Made by a program: the position numbers and the translations under genes. A DNA stretch of 64,000 nucleotides from Lama guanicoe (taxonomy: Eukaryota), in assembly GCA_013239625.1 (NCBI GenBank), contig MU054187.1, positions 10,251,231 through 10,315,230 on the forward strand. Direction: 5' to 3'. This document shows positions 62,821 through 64,000 of this stretch, in pieces. Every line of letters begins with the position of its first letter. Within the stretch, counting starts at the first letter, position 1. The notes under the pieces are model-generated. The model saw only the letters and a program-made list of their open reading frames with translations. It was not told where the DNA came from and ran no database searches.

Positions 62821-64000
62821 CATTTTGTTTTTTAAATTGAGGTATAGCTGATTTACAATATTAGTTTCAGGTGTACAACATAGTGATTCAATATTTTTAT
62901 AGATTATACTCCATTTAAAGTTATCATAAAATATTGGCTATATTCCCTGTGCTGTACCATATGTCCTTGTAGCTTAATTTTATACATGGTAGTTTGTATC
63001 GCTTAATTTCCTACCCCATGTTGCCCCTCCTCCTTCCTATTCCTATTGGTAACCATTAGTTTGTTCCCTACATCTGTGAGTCTTTCTTTCTTGATTTATT
63101 TACTACTTTTACTCTTTAGATTCCACTGATAAGTGATAACATACTGTATTTGTCTTTCTCTGACTTATTTTACTAAGCATAATACCCTCCCGGTCCATCC
63201 CTGTCATTGCAAATGGCAAAATTTTATTCTTTTCTATGGCTGAGTAGTATTCCATTCTCTGTATATATTGATATACCACTTCTTTTTCCATTCATCTGTT
63301 GAAGGACACTTAGGCTGCTTCCATTATCTTGGCTGTTATGAACAATGAAAGCTCTTATGAACGTTGGGGTGCATGTGTCTTTTTGAATTAGTGCTTTCAT
63401 TTCCTTTGGATATATATACAGGGGTGGAATTGCTGGATTATTTGGTAGTTCTATTTTTAGTTTTTTGAGGAGCCTTCCCACTGCTTTCCACAGAGGCTGC
63501 ACCAATTTACATTCCCACCAACAGTGTACTAGGGTTCCCTTTTCTCTACATCGTTGCCAACATTTGTTATTCGTGTTTTGATGATAGTCATTCTGACAAG
63601 TTTGAGGTGATATTGCAGTTTTGATTTGCATTTCTGATAATTAATGATGCCGAGCATCTTTTATGTGCCTGTTAACCATCTGTATGTCTTCTTTGGAAAA
63701 AGATCTATTCAGGTCTTCTGCCCACTTTTTAATTTTTTTTTTTATATATTGGGTTGTATGAGCTGTTTATATATTTTGGACATAAACCCCTTGTCAGTCA
63801 TATCATTTGCAAATATCTTCTCCCATTCAGTAGGTTATTTTTTCATTTTGTCAATGGTTTCTTTTGCTGTGCAAAATCTTTTACATTTAATTCGGTCCCA
63901 TTTGTTAATTTTTGCTTTTTTTCTTTGCCTTAGGAGATGGATCCAAAAAAATTGCCACAATTTATGCCAAAGAGTATTCTACTTATGTTTTCTTCCAGGA
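62821..64000 (-). mobile_element. L1 3' UTR and ORF2 C-terminus (runs off the window)
   Basis: ORF 63224-63631 gives [26 protein letters not shown], the ORF2p Cys-rich domain, and is frameshifted. The 3' end reads 'ttttaaattgaggtatagctgatttacaatattagtttcaggtgtacaacatagtgattc'. Confidence 0.95.

Larger units (their letters stand above)
20170..64000 (-). other. CPA6: CPA6 intron 1 (3' portion; exon 1 lies beyond the right edge)
   Basis: AG acceptor at 20170-20171 with a pyrimidine tract. No signal-peptide exon found up to 64000. CPA6 is known to have very long first introns. Confidence 0.8.

Noticed and set aside
63224..63631. 135-aa ORF with a Cys/His motif
   Set aside because: It is the frameshifted C-terminus of L1 ORF2p, not a host gene.
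1..64000. A novel multi-gene system, CRISPR array, operon or intact viral insert
   Set aside because: No regularly spaced repeat-spacer array and no listed ORF longer than 135 aa. The ORFs are short, overlapping and lack recognisable domains, except the CPA6 exon and L1 remnants.

Overview
This is mammalian (eutherian) nuclear DNA, not microbial. The only supportable protein-coding sequence is a 76-bp minus-strand exon (20094-20169) encoding (G)DKVIRLIPNTEEEAYALKKICHKLK, recognisable as coding exon 2 of carboxypeptidase A6 (CPA6, pro-domain). By inference 20170-64000 is part of the very long intron 1 and 1-20093 is part of intron 2. The rest is intronic sequence dense in transposon fossils: L1 of several ages, L2, MIR, MaLR/ERVL/ERV1 solo LTRs and hAT MITEs, plus microsatellites. 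The youngest L1 3' ends look cetartiodactyl, probably camelid, and I saw no Alu, BovB/Bov-tA, PRE-1 or Can-SINE; this species assignment is inference. Repeat family names come from recalled consensus similarity, not a database search, and most repeat boundaries are approximate. I found no evidence for a novel multi-gene system. The most notable items are a diverged ~120-150 bp local duplication not explained by a repeat I recognise, several well-resolved retrotransposition events, a strong CTCF-type motif, and cryptic splice signals just upstream of the CPA6 exon.
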